In this document: piece by piece, positions 35,576 to 44,867 of the stretch | Position numbering within the stretch: position 1 is the stretch's first letter | Layout: each line of letters opens with the position of its first letter | The notes under the pieces: generated by a model | The model's database searches: none | Told to the model about the DNA's origin: nothing | The model's input: only the letters and a program-made list of their open reading frames with translations | Program-made: the position numbers and the translations under genes | Assembly: GCA_026954325.1 (NCBI GenBank) | Contig: JAIXKK010000145.1 | Span: 260 to 64,259 of the forward strand | Source of the DNA: Bryobacterales bacterium | GTDB taxonomy: Bacteria; Acidobacteriota; Terriglobia; Bryobacterales; Bryobacteraceae | Direction: 5' to 3' | DNA: 64,000 nt

Positions 35576-35875
35576 CTACGGGTCGAGCAAGCCGCGCACC
35601 ACAAAGACCGGCATCTGGCCCCGCGTTTTCGTATCATCGGGGCAATACTTCGTCGCCGTGCACCCGTCCATGATGCCGGGTTGCTTCCGCGGGAGCGCGC
35701 AGGCATGAATCTTCCCGGCCAACTGCTGTTCGCGAGCGATCATCAGGACACGCGACAAGTCGATGCCGGCCAGTCCCGGCACACGTGTGTTTCCGGAGGT
35801 TATATTATTTGTCACGTCACCGGCGCCGGCGTCCACGTGTCCGGACGGTACTTTTGCCGCGTGACGCGGCGTCAT
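35576..35875 (-). CDS. small hypothetical protein coupled to the DUF362 gene
   Basis: ATG 35875 overlaps the DUF362 stop (ATGA). The C-terminus KYCPDDTKTRGQMPVFVVRGL resembles SLH-like TRGQMA-FL-R motifs. Weak. Confidence 0.35.
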   Translation of the reverse strand: MTPRHAAKVPSGHVDAGAGDVTNNITSGNTRVPGLAGIDLSRVLMIAREQQLAGKIHACALPRKQPGIMDGCTATKYCPDDTKTRGQMPVFVVRGLLDP

Positions 35876-36993
35876 GCGCCGGGAAACTTGAACACCACGT
35901 CCTTGATCTTCTCACCCGCCACTTCGATGTTGTTGAGATCCGTGGTTCCCACGCCCAGGGACTCCGCAAGCGTCAGGGAATTGTCGCAGCGCTGGAACGG
36001 GGCTGTTCCCTTCGGGGCCCGCGGATCATAGCCCATGACGGCGGTTGCCACGGAGTCCGTCGTGACCGGATTCGTGCCGAGAATCATAACGCCCGGTTTG
36101 ACATGCGCCAGTTCGCGGCGGATCCAGGGTCCCTCGCCGCCGGACATGGTCTCGACGCCGTCGACGAAGGAGATGTCGATGGGGCGAGCAACCGTGAGTT
36201 CCGCGACGATACGAGGCATCCGGTAGGTGGATTCGCGATCGGAACCGGGGTTGATTTCGGGAGGGGCGCAGGATGCCGGCTGCCGTTTTCCGAAGTGGCA
36301 GACCTCGGCCCGTCCTTTTGTGGGACGTTCGTTCGGCTCATCCTTCCCGGCATCATCTCCGTAAATGGAGGCGGGGGTGATGCCGAAAATGTTCTTCATG
36401 GCCAGAGTGACGCCGCAGGTCTCATGATTCTTCAACTTCGCCATGGACATGAAGACATCGGTGTCGGCATAGGCGTGATTCAGTTGATAGGCGGGGAAGA
36501 TCAAGCCTCCGCCGCGCACGGGGAAGCGGTGATACTGCTTACCCTTCCCAAGGCCGTTGGTGTTTTCGAACTCGACATTCGGCGCCGCCGCCAGTAACTG
36601 CCGCACGTTCCAGCCGGAATCAAGGAGGTAGTCTTCGAGCGGACCCGCGGTGGCCCAGGCGCTCTCGGTGAAGCGGATGCGTTTTGCTCCGGCGCGATGC
36701 AACACGTAGGCCATCGCCGATACGGTTTTTGGATGGGAGTAATGGGTGAGGCCGAGGGCCTTGCCCTGGAAACGCAGTCCCGGACTGCCGGTGAGATTCA
36801 GCTTCACGGTGACCGTCTTGTTCTTTACCAGCCGGCCTGCTCCGCCGATCTGATCGAACATTTTCGTGAATGCCGCAACCAGGTCTTCGTTATAGGAAGG
36901 AACCTTGGCAATGGAAACCGGAGCGGTGGGGGCGCTCTTGGCCGCCAGGATGGGGGCGGCCGCGGCCAGTGCAAGCAGTTCGCGGCGTGTCAT
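35872..36993 (-). CDS. TAT-signal DUF362-domain protein
   Basis: Twin-arginine signal MTRRELLALAAAAPILAA. Body (VTVKLNLTG..., KLKNHETCGVTLAMKNIFG) fits the DUF362 family as recalled. Confidence 0.7.
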   Translation of the reverse strand: MTRRELLALAAAAPILAAKSAPTAPVSIAKVPSYNEDLVAAFTKMFDQIGGAGRLVKNKTVTVKLNLTGSPGLRFQGKALGLTHYSHPKTVSAMAYVLHRAGAKRIRFTESAWATAGPLEDYLLDSGWNVRQLLAAAPNVEFENTNGLGKGKQYHRFPVRGGGLIFPAYQLNHAYADTDVFMSMAKLKNHETCGVTLAMKNIFGITPASIYGDDAGKDEPNERPTKGRAEVCHFGKRQPASCAPPEINPGSDRESTYRMPRIVAELTVARPIDISFVDGVETMSGGEGPWIRRELAHVKPGVMILGTNPVTTDSVATAVMGYDPRAPKGTAPFQRCDNSLTLAESLGVGTTDLNNIEVAGEKIKDVVFKFPGA

Positions 36994-37001
36994 GGCTCCA
37001 T

Positions 37002-37029
37002 CTTAACGCAACAGGCTTAACGCAACAGG
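37002..37029. repeat. perfect 14-nt tandem direct repeat (CTTAACGCAACAGG x2) just upstream of the DUF362 start
   Basis: Read directly: units at 37002-37015 and 37016-37029, lying 9-36 nt from the start codon at 36993. Confidence 0.9.
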
Positions 37030-37078
37030 CGCTTGCCGCTCGAAAATCCGCATCTCTTATGACTCAACCGCAAACTTC

Positions 37079-37110
37079 GGCTATGCGCCGTCTGGCCACG
37101 GCGCATAGCC
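37079..37110. promoter_or_regulatory. perfect 12-bp inverted repeat (GGCTATGCGCCG-N8-CGGCGCATAGCC) in a divergent intergenic region
   Basis: Read directly. Both flanking genes start here rather than end, so a terminator role is unlikely. It could be an operator or a structured RNA element. Confidence 0.5.
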
Positions 37111-37326
37111 CTTTGATCTGATCCACTCCGGCGCTTCCTCCCAAAGGAGCCCTTCCCTGTATTTGCTTCCACCTTGATCGCGCCAGCGGTTGCAGGCAAT
37201 TCGATGAGTACGGTCTTCCCCTCCTAATTGAAGTGGCGGGTTCCATCCCCGGCAGGAACCTTCAGATCATGTCAAGCCGGTGCTCGCCGCCGGTGAAAAA
37301 GCGGGACAATCTGAGAAAAGTTCCTT

Positions 37327-37914
37327 ATGTCCGCGCTACCGTCCATTTTCACTGACCTCTTCGTTCTCAAGGTGCCGCTTTCGGAGAAAATCCTGCGCGC
37401 CTTGATTGTCTATGTCGCCCTCATCGTGCTGCTGCGCATCTTCGGGAAGCGCGAACTGGCGCAACTCAACCCGTTTGACCTGGTGGTGCTGCTGACGCTG
37501 TCGAACACGGTGCAGAATGCCATCATTGGAGACGACAATACGCTGCTTGGCGGCATCGTGGGAGCGGTCACGCTGCTCGGCGCCAATTACCTGATTGTGC
37601 GGTTCATGCTCGGCCACCGCCGCCTGGATGAGTTGCTGGCCGGCCGCCCCGCCGTTCTGCTGGAACATGGAAGGATCCTGCGGCGCGCGCTGGCCAGGGA
37701 AATGATGAGTGTTCATGATCTGGAGGCGGCGGCGCGGCGGCAGGGTTTCCGCTCGTTGAGCGAGGTGGAGCAATGCACTCTGGAGCCGACGGGCGTCTTG
37801 AGTTTCACGGGCAAGCAACCGCTCCTCGAGGACCGGCGCCAGGCGGAACTGGTGGCGAGGCTGGATCGCCTGGGGGCGGAACTGGCCGAGATCAAGGCAC
37901 GGCTCGGGCCCTGA
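37327..37914 (+). CDS. DUF421 (YetF-like) membrane protein
   Basis: LRIFGKRELAQLNPFDLVVLLTLSNTVQNAIIGDDNTLLGG is the characteristic DUF421 core. Confidence 0.8.
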   Translation: MSALPSIFTDLFVLKVPLSEKILRALIVYVALIVLLRIFGKRELAQLNPFDLVVLLTLSNTVQNAIIGDDNTLLGGIVGAVTLLGANYLIVRFMLGHRRLDELLAGRPAVLLEHGRILRRALAREMMSVHDLEAAARRQGFRSLSEVEQCTLEPTGVLSFTGKQPLLEDRRQAELVARLDRLGAELAEIKARLGP

Positions 37915-37922
37915 TCACTCGT

Positions 37923-39146
37923 CTAGGACGGGGCCTTCCCGTAGTCCTTGATCTTCAGGGTGACGCCGCCGCGCAGGGCCGATTGATGGGCGACGATTCC
38001 GGGGACGGTGTAGGCGATGGCCTCCCAGACGTTGACCGCCGGCATGCGGTCTTCCGTCACCGCGCCGACGAATTCGTGGGTGAGGAAGGTGTGTGATCCG
38101 CCATGGCCGCTCGGCACGCGCAGAGGCTCAGGGAGCATTTCGAAGTGGTTGGGCTGCTTGAAGGCGGCGATCTTCACATCGCCCTCCGGATAGCCGTTGG
38201 CGTCGAGCACCGTTTTACCCTCTTTGCTGATGGTGACCTGTGTGTCCGGGGAGCGCTCGGGCCGGGCCATGATATAAGACATGCGGTCGCCGTAGAAACC
38301 GGCGCGCTCGGTGCCGCCCGCGGCCACGTGCCAGAAAACGCTGACGCGGCTCGAATGGCCGCTGGATGTTTTGAAAAAGGCGGTCGTGTTCCAGAACGGA
38401 TTCCCGTACTGGTTGGTCCGCAGAACCTCATGCTGATCGCCCCAGCCGATGGCGGTGACCTCGGCCAGGCGTTCGCCGGTGACGGGAATCACCATGCCGG
38501 TGCAGTGGGTCGGATAGTGCATGGGAGGCAGGCCGTGGCGCCAGGTGGGAAAGCCGCGATCGTCGTACATGAGGGGGATGAGCCCTTCATGGTGGTATTC
38601 GGCTTCGGTGTAGAAGATGGATCCGAACCGGCCCTCGCGCGCCCACTGGCGGGCGGTGATGATCTCCGGGCGATAGTAGCTGGTCTCCGCCATCATGTAC
38701 TTGAGGCCGGTGCTTTTCACCGTATCGAGGAGCCGCTCGAGTTCTTCGATGGACATGCCCGCGGGCACGGCGCTGATGACATGCTTGCCCGCCTTGAGCG
38801 ATTCGATATCCATCCACACGTGCAGCGGCAGAGGGGTAAACACGGCGACGGCGTCGAGTTCCGGATGCTTCAGCATTTCGCGAAAGTTCTTATAGGTGTT
38901 GCCGCACTTGTAGACCTCCGAGAGGCGCTGCAAACGGTCCGGGCGGATGTCGCACACCGCGGTCACTTTGCACTTGGGATGGAGATGCCACTGGAATGAC
39001 GAGCCGAAGCCGCCTCCGACTACGCCGATGCGCAGCGTTTTCGGGGCGCTGCGTTCTCCGATGAGGGTTTGGGAGGCGGCGCTGGGGGCGGCGGCCGCCG
39101 CCGCGGACCCTGCCAGGAAATTGCGGCGGGTGAAGTGTGAATCCAT
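37923..39146 (-). CDS. TAT-signal Gfo/Idh/MocA-family oxidoreductase
   Basis: MDSHFTRRNFLAGSAAAAAA (TAT signal) preceded by AAAGGAG. Rossmann LRIGVVGGGFG. The upstream 97 codons of the ORF are Pro/Arg-rich and overlap the next gene. Confidence 0.82.
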   Translation of the reverse strand: MDSHFTRRNFLAGSAAAAAAPSAASQTLIGERSAPKTLRIGVVGGGFGSSFQWHLHPKCKVTAVCDIRPDRLQRLSEVYKCGNTYKNFREMLKHPELDAVAVFTPLPLHVWMDIESLKAGKHVISAVPAGMSIEELERLLDTVKSTGLKYMMAETSYYRPEIITARQWAREGRFGSIFYTEAEYHHEGLIPLMYDDRGFPTWRHGLPPMHYPTHCTGMVIPVTGERLAEVTAIGWGDQHEVLRTNQYGNPFWNTTAFFKTSSGHSSRVSVFWHVAAGGTERAGFYGDRMSYIMARPERSPDTQVTISKEGKTVLDANGYPEGDVKIAAFKQPNHFEMLPEPLRVPSGHGGSHTFLTHEFVGAVTEDRMPAVNVWEAIAYTVPGIVAHQSALRGGVTLKIKDYGKAPS

Positions 39147-39159
39147 GGGGTAGCTCCTT

Positions 39160-40626
39160 TTAAGGTTGTTGGCCGGCCGGAAGCGCCGCCATTTCCTGCA
39201 ACAATCGAACCGCTTCGTCCGCGAGCACGTCCGCGGCCTCGGCGGAGAACGGCGTGGCCTCGGTTTCGTAGCCGCCTTCAGCGAAGGCCTGCGCGGTGGG
39301 GATGTAGCCGAAGCCTCCGTTTGAATACCCGGAGACGAAGGTGTGGGGGTAGGGCGAGCGGGCGGCGATGTCCATTGCTGTTTCGGTAAAAGGCTCGCCG
39401 GGTACGGAGACCAGGGCGATCGATGGGCCGATGACAATGGACATCACTTCCCAGGGGATAGTCTCGCGTCCAAAATAGTTGCGCGCATATTCGGCGCGCC
39501 ATCCGGCTTGTGTGGCTTTGGCGGTGGCGGCGCGGATTTCTTCGGGCGAGCCTTCCCGCCGCAAGCGGTTCATCTCGGCGCGCAGGGCCGCCGCCTGGGC
39601 TTCCAATTGCTCCGGAGGGCCGAATTTCCTGACGGGCAGGGCAATGGGGCGCTGCACGACGCTGAGTTGCTGAGGACCCGGGTCCACGGGCACATCCTCA
39701 TAGAGCGCGATGGGCGCTCCGGAGGGCTGCACACCGGCCAGGCGCTCACTACGCGGCAGTGTTTCCAGGTTCCAGGCGACCCGCGCGGCTTCAAGACCGA
39801 GGATGGTTCCCAATTTGCGGTAGACGGCGCAATCGCCCGTGAAACCGCGGCGCGGAGTGAGGTTTGCGCATGCCCCCTGAAGGAAGAGGCACATTCCGCC
39901 GAGTTCGCGTTCCACCACCTGGCGCGCCGGGCCGGGAAAATCCGGCGTGAACAGTTGCGTCTGCCATCCCATCGTGGTGCCGTGACAGGCGTAATGGAGC
40001 AAGGTGGCGACGGGGCGTTCGTCGAGGTCATCGAAGCGAACCACGCCGACGGCGTGATTGGCCGGGCCGCCCCAGTTGCGCCCTACCACGACGCCGTGCA
40101 CGGCATCGTGAAAGCGGCGGTTGACGTTGATGTCGCAAGAACCTTGGCCCGCCGCGGCGCGGACGGGTTTCAGGTTTTGCTGAGCCTGCCAGACCGCGGA
40201 GGCGATGCGCTGGGGGAGGGATTCGAGGTAGCCGAGCGCCATATCGAGCCCCTCGCTGATGGTGGCGAGGCGGAACGTATTCGGGCCCGAATGCGTGTGA
40301 CTGCAGGAGAAGCGGATCCGCCGGCGGGGAAAGCCGGTGAGGTCCGTGATGGCGGCAAGGATGCGCTCTGTCCACTCGCGGTCAAAACCGATGGCGTCGG
40401 CTTCGACAATGGCGGCACTCTCCTCTCCCGACTCGAGTACGAGAGCGGTGGCGTAGAACGGCATATCGGCTCCGAGCCCGCGCTGATGGGTCTGCGCTCC
40501 CCATCCGCCCTGCGGGGCGCCAGGGGCTGGGGTGATGTCGCATCGTCCGGTTCCGGCGTGGAGTTGAGTGGATGGCGGAATGGAGAACCTCCCTATCAAG
40601 ATATGATGTCTGTGGCAATTTTGCAC
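39160..40626 (-). CDS. neutral/alkaline ceramidase-like N-terminal-domain hydrolase
   Basis: AGTGRCDITPAPGAPQGGWG...MPFYATALVLESGE...FSCSHTHSGP pattern. The start is uncertain. ATG 40626 leaves only 23 nt to the divergent gene, and TTG 40599 is also possible. Confidence 0.65.
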   Translation of the reverse strand: MQNCHRHHILIGRFSIPPSTQLHAGTGRCDITPAPGAPQGGWGAQTHQRGLGADMPFYATALVLESGEESAAIVEADAIGFDREWTERILAAITDLTGFPRRRIRFSCSHTHSGPNTFRLATISEGLDMALGYLESLPQRIASAVWQAQQNLKPVRAAAGQGSCDINVNRRFHDAVHGVVVGRNWGGPANHAVGVVRFDDLDERPVATLLHYACHGTTMGWQTQLFTPDFPGPARQVVERELGGMCLFLQGACANLTPRRGFTGDCAVYRKLGTILGLEAARVAWNLETLPRSERLAGVQPSGAPIALYEDVPVDPGPQQLSVVQRPIALPVRKFGPPEQLEAQAAALRAEMNRLRREGSPEEIRAATAKATQAGWRAEYARNYFGRETIPWEVMSIVIGPSIALVSVPGEPFTETAMDIAARSPYPHTFVSGYSNGGFGYIPTAQAFAEGGYETEATPFSAEAADVLADEAVRLLQEMAALPAGQQP

Positions 40627-40649
40627 TTTGTCGCGGTAGGAAGGATCCG

Positions 40650-42020
40650 ATGGCTATCGACTCGCGCCGGGAAGCGCTGCTCCGGCACACGTTCATCGAC
40701 TTCATGCAGACTGCGGAATTCCTCCGCCATCCGCTCATTTTCGAGCGCGCCGAGGGTCTTCATTATTGGGACATCGAGGGGCGCCGGTACTTCGACGCCA
40801 TTGGAGGCATTTTCGTGGCGTGTCTCGGCCACGGGCATCCGCGTGTCCTAGAGGCGCTGCGCGAGCAGGCCGGGCGGATGGCGTTCGCCCCCCCGCTGCA
40901 CGGGATATCGGACATCACGCTCGATTTTATCGAACGGCTCGGCGGCGTTGCACCCGGCAATCTGAAGTTCGTCAAGCCGTTCAGCGGCGGCTCGGAATCG
41001 ACGGAAGCGGCGATGAAGTTCGCGCGGCAGTATTTCAAGCAGACGGGCCGGCCGGGAAAGTATAAGTTCATCAGCCGGTATCACGGCTATCACGGCGGCA
41101 CGGGAGCGGCGATGGCGGCGAGCGGCACGGGGCCGCGCAAGACGAAGTTCGAGCCGCACATGGGCGGATTCCTGAAAGTGTTTCCTCCGAACCATTACCG
41201 GCGCTATTTTTCCGATTGGGACGAGTGCAACCGCTTTGCGGCGCGGGCGCTGGAAGACGTGATCATTCACGAGGATCCGGATACGGTGGCGGGGTTCCTG
41301 GTGGAGCCGGTGGGGAATACGGGCGGCATCATCACGCCGACGGTGGAATATTTCCGGATGATCCGCGAGATCTGCGATCGCCATGACGTGATGCTGATCT
41401 TCGATGAGGTGATCACGGGATTCGGCAAGACGGGTTCGATGTTCGCCGCGCAGACGCTTGGGGTGACGCCCGACATCATCTGCTGCGGGAAGGGACTCTC
41501 GAACGGGGTGTTTCCGATTGGGGCGATGATCGCTCGCGAGGACATGGCGGATGCGTTTTACGGCTCCGCGGAACAGAACCTGCAATTCGCGCACGGCCAC
41601 ACGTTCGCGGGCAATCCGCTGGCGGCGGCGGTGGGGATGGCGGTGATCGGGACCATTGTGGAAGAGCAACTGGACCTGCGCGCGCGCCGCATGGGCGATT
41701 ATCTGGCGTCGCGGCTGGAGCGGCTGAAGGAATACGGCGTGGTTCGGGAGGTGCGAGGGCGCGGGATCCTGCGGGGGGTGGAACTGGTGAAGGATACGAA
41801 CTCGATGGCGCCGTATCCTGAATTGGGGACTGCGCTGAAGCGCATCGCGGTGGAACAGGGCGTCATCCTTCGCGTGGATCCTTCCTGGTTTGCCGTGTCG
41901 CCGGCGCTGGTGGCTTCACAAGCCGATATCGACGAGATGTGCGATTTGATTGAGCAGTGCCTGGCGCAAGCCCTCGATGCCGTGCAGGTTCGGGCTGTCT
42001 CTTCCCGAGGCGGGGAATGA
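40650..42020 (+). CDS. class III (omega) aminotransferase, PLP-dependent
   Basis: YWDIEGRRYFDAIGGIFVACLGHGHP, GGSESTEAAMKFAR, LIFDEVITGFGKTGSMFA and CCGKGLSNG (PLP Lys). Confidence 0.9.
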   Translation: MAIDSRREALLRHTFIDFMQTAEFLRHPLIFERAEGLHYWDIEGRRYFDAIGGIFVACLGHGHPRVLEALREQAGRMAFAPPLHGISDITLDFIERLGGVAPGNLKFVKPFSGGSESTEAAMKFARQYFKQTGRPGKYKFISRYHGYHGGTGAAMAASGTGPRKTKFEPHMGGFLKVFPPNHYRRYFSDWDECNRFAARALEDVIIHEDPDTVAGFLVEPVGNTGGIITPTVEYFRMIREICDRHDVMLIFDEVITGFGKTGSMFAAQTLGVTPDIICCGKGLSNGVFPIGAMIAREDMADAFYGSAEQNLQFAHGHTFAGNPLAAAVGMAVIGTIVEEQLDLRARRMGDYLASRLERLKEYGVVREVRGRGILRGVELVKDTNSMAPYPELGTALKRIAVEQGVILRVDPSWFAVSPALVASQADIDEMCDLIEQCLAQALDAVQVRAVSSRGGE

Positions 42021-43783
42021 GGGTATTGGCTCTTTTTCTATCTCTGGCGGTTCAATTGCTTCCGCGGCAACTGTTCCGGGAGCGATGCGCGTCCTGCCAT
42101 GGGGAAGAGGCTCGGGGCAGCGCCAAGGGTCCGGGGCTTGCGATGAATCCGCGGGTGGCGAGGCAATCCGTGGAACAACTGCGGGCGTACCTGGAGCGCG
42201 GTAACGCGGGCGCCGGGATGCCCTCGTTTTCCGATCTGCCGCCGGCGGACCTGCTCACGCTCGCCAGGTACTTGCGCCGAATCAATGTGGAAACCATCGC
42301 CGGCCCGGTGACGTCCCCGGTGGCCGCCCGCAAGATCACGCCGCGCCCGCCGCGGGCGGGGGACTGGATCACTTACAACGGGGATCTGTCCGGTAACCGG
42401 TACAGTCCACTGAAGCAGATCACGGCCGCGAACGTCTCTTCGCTGAAACTGAAGTGGGTGTTTCCGATGGCGCATTTCGGGTTGGAGGTGACCCCGCTGG
42501 CGGCCGATGGGGTGCTGTATGTGACGGGGCCCAACCAGGTGTTCGCGCTCGATGCGCTCACGGGGAGTTCACTGTGGGAGTATTCGCGCCCGCTGAGTCC
42601 GGGAATGCTGGGCGATGCGAAACTCGGCACGAACCGCGGCGTTGCCCTGTTGCGCGACAAGGTGTTCTTCGTCACTGACAACGCCCATCTGCTGGCGCTC
42701 GAGCGCGCCACGGGCAGGCTGCTTTGGGAAACCGCGATGGCTCCTGCTTCCGGCGAGCGGCATCACTACGGGGGAACGATGGCTCCGCTGATCGTCCACG
42801 ATACGGTGATCGCGGGCGTGGCGGGCGCTGACGAAGGCATCCGGGGATTCATTGCGGCCTTTCACGCGGACTCGGGTGCGCTGGCCTGGCGGCGCTGGAC
42901 CGTGCCGCGAAGCGGGGAGCCCGGCATCGAAAGCTGGCAAGGTAAGGAGCCGGTGACGGGAGGCGGGTCCACCTGGCTTACGGGATCGTACGAGGCGGCG
43001 ACAGACACCCTTTACTGGGCTACGGGCAATCCCTGGCCCGACGGGGACGACCGGGAGCGTCCCGGCGATAATCTTTACACCAACTGCGTTCTCGCGCTGA
43101 ATGCGAGGACGGGGGACCTGAAATGGCACTATCAGTTCACGCCGCACGACGTGAAGGATCGCGACGCCACCGAGCCTAACGTGCTGGTGGACACGGTCTA
43201 TCGCGGCAAGCCCTCGAAGCTTCTGCTGCACGCCGATCGCAACGGCTTCTTCTATGTGATCGAGCGCGACAGCGGCAAGCTGCTTCTGGCCAGGCCGTTT
43301 CTGCGGCGGGTGGATTGGGCGGAGAGGATCGGCGCCGATGGGAGGCCGGTAGTGAAGGATCCGCGCGGCTGCCCGTCGGACGCCGCCAACTGGGATGCGG
43401 CGGCGTTTTCGCCCCTCACGCGCCTGTACTATGTGCTCGCGCTCGAGGAGTGCACCGGCAAGCCCACGGGCTATCCGGAGCAGACCGGGCAGCGTTTCCT
43501 GCGGGCTCTGGACATCGAGACGGGGAATATCGCGTGGGAGATTCCGCAACCGGGCCCGGCGCGCGCCAAGACGTGGTCCGGCGTGCTGGCCACGGCCGGC
43601 GGACTCGTGTTCTACGGCCGGCCGAATGGGGGCTTTGCGGCCGTGGACCAGCGCAATGGGAAGCCGCTGTGGGAATTTCCGGCGAATGTTCGGATGAAGG
43701 CTTCGCCCATGACCTTCACTTACGGCGGCAGGCAGTATATCGCGGTGGCCGCGGGGCCGAATATTCTTTGCTTCGGGCTTTGA
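42017..43783 (+). CDS. PQQ-dependent alcohol-dehydrogenase-like propeller with N-terminal cytochrome c domain
   Basis: ATGA overlap with the aminotransferase. CASCHG heme motif plus MPSF (Met ligand region). Then WITYNGDLSGNRYSPLKQI and repeated propeller motifs. Confidence 0.82.
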   Translation: MRVLALFLSLAVQLLPRQLFRERCASCHGEEARGSAKGPGLAMNPRVARQSVEQLRAYLERGNAGAGMPSFSDLPPADLLTLARYLRRINVETIAGPVTSPVAARKITPRPPRAGDWITYNGDLSGNRYSPLKQITAANVSSLKLKWVFPMAHFGLEVTPLAADGVLYVTGPNQVFALDALTGSSLWEYSRPLSPGMLGDAKLGTNRGVALLRDKVFFVTDNAHLLALERATGRLLWETAMAPASGERHHYGGTMAPLIVHDTVIAGVAGADEGIRGFIAAFHADSGALAWRRWTVPRSGEPGIESWQGKEPVTGGGSTWLTGSYEAATDTLYWATGNPWPDGDDRERPGDNLYTNCVLALNARTGDLKWHYQFTPHDVKDRDATEPNVLVDTVYRGKPSKLLLHADRNGFFYVIERDSGKLLLARPFLRRVDWAERIGADGRPVVKDPRGCPSDAANWDAAAFSPLTRLYYVLALEECTGKPTGYPEQTGQRFLRALDIETGNIAWEIPQPGPARAKTWSGVLATAGGLVFYGRPNGGFAAVDQRNGKPLWEFPANVRMKASPMTFTYGGRQYIAVAAGPNILCFGL

Positions 43784-43786
43784 GGG

Positions 43787-44800
43787 TTAGCGGCGCGAGA
43801 GAATCACGGCCTCGGGCGATTGTTCGAGCCGGTGGATCTCATTCCGCGTGAAGCCGCAGTTGCGGTACATCTGGTCGTATTCCGCGAAGGTGTACGCATC
43901 GCCCTCCGCGGTGGTGGCGAGCATGATCATGGCGAACGTCGCCGCATCGGGCGGGGTGACGCGGTCCTCGTTCGGGACGAATTCGAGCGTGACGGCGACG
44001 CCGTCCGGCTTGAGCGCGCCATGCACTTTCCGCATCAGCGTCTCGATGACAGAGGGATTGAAGTGATGGTGGAAGTTGGTGATGAGGACGACGTCGTAAT
44101 CCCCGCCGAACTCCACTTCAAACGCGCTGCCCTCGATGGCGTGCCAGCGGTTCGCCACGCCCGCGCTCACCGCGTGTTCCCGGGCGATGTCGAGCACGGA
44201 GGGCCAGTCCACCGCGTGGATGGAAGCATTGGGATTGGCGCGCGCGATGGTGATGCCAAACAGCCCGTGGCCTGCCGCCAGGTCAAGCACCTTCACCGGC
44301 GCTCCCTCGTTTGCTTTGAGCAGCCCCGCAATCCAATTCGCCGGCGGCATCATCATCGCCACCATGGAGCGCGCGAAGTCCCGCCAGATCGGGTTTTCAC
44401 GCGACATCGTGCCGCCCTCCCCGTTGAGCACGGTTCCGCCCTTGCGCACGACGGGCGTCAAGTCGTGGAAAGCCTCCTTGACGGTGGGGCCCGCCAGCAT
44501 CGCCGTGATTCCGCCCAGGTAGGCCGGTGAGCGGCGATCGAGGAAAACGGCGCTGTCGGGGGTCAGCCCGTAGTGGTTGTTGTCCTTGGTGAGGAACTGG
44601 TGGACGCTCAGGTAGTCGCAGAGAACGCGTACGCCCTTGGATGAAGCATGGCAGTGTTCGCTGAGCGCCGCCGCGGTATTGTGGCCAGCGGCAATCGCGG
44701 TGAACAGGCCCAGATCAACGGCGCATTTGATGGCGGCTGTTTGCTGATGGCCACTGAGGGCTTGCAGAAATCGAGTGGGTGCGGGTGGTTGTATAGGCAT
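43787..44800 (-). CDS. SAM-dependent O-methyltransferase (class I, with N-terminal dimerisation/winged-helix part)
   Basis: VLDLAAGHGLFG (SAM motif I), DVVLITNFHHHF, and an N-terminal LFTAIA...LSEHC region typical of the Methyltransf_2 family. Confidence 0.8.
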   Translation of the reverse strand: MPIQPPAPTRFLQALSGHQQTAAIKCAVDLGLFTAIAAGHNTAAALSEHCHASSKGVRVLCDYLSVHQFLTKDNNHYGLTPDSAVFLDRRSPAYLGGITAMLAGPTVKEAFHDLTPVVRKGGTVLNGEGGTMSRENPIWRDFARSMVAMMMPPANWIAGLLKANEGAPVKVLDLAAGHGLFGITIARANPNASIHAVDWPSVLDIAREHAVSAGVANRWHAIEGSAFEVEFGGDYDVVLITNFHHHFNPSVIETLMRKVHGALKPDGVAVTLEFVPNEDRVTPPDAATFAMIMLATTAEGDAYTFAEYDQMYRNCGFTRNEIHRLEQSPEAVILSRR

Positions 44801-44867
44801 AGGTCCCAGATATATTCACGTAGCCTAACACGGCGGCTGCCCGCGCGGGGGCCCCCGCAATATCCCA

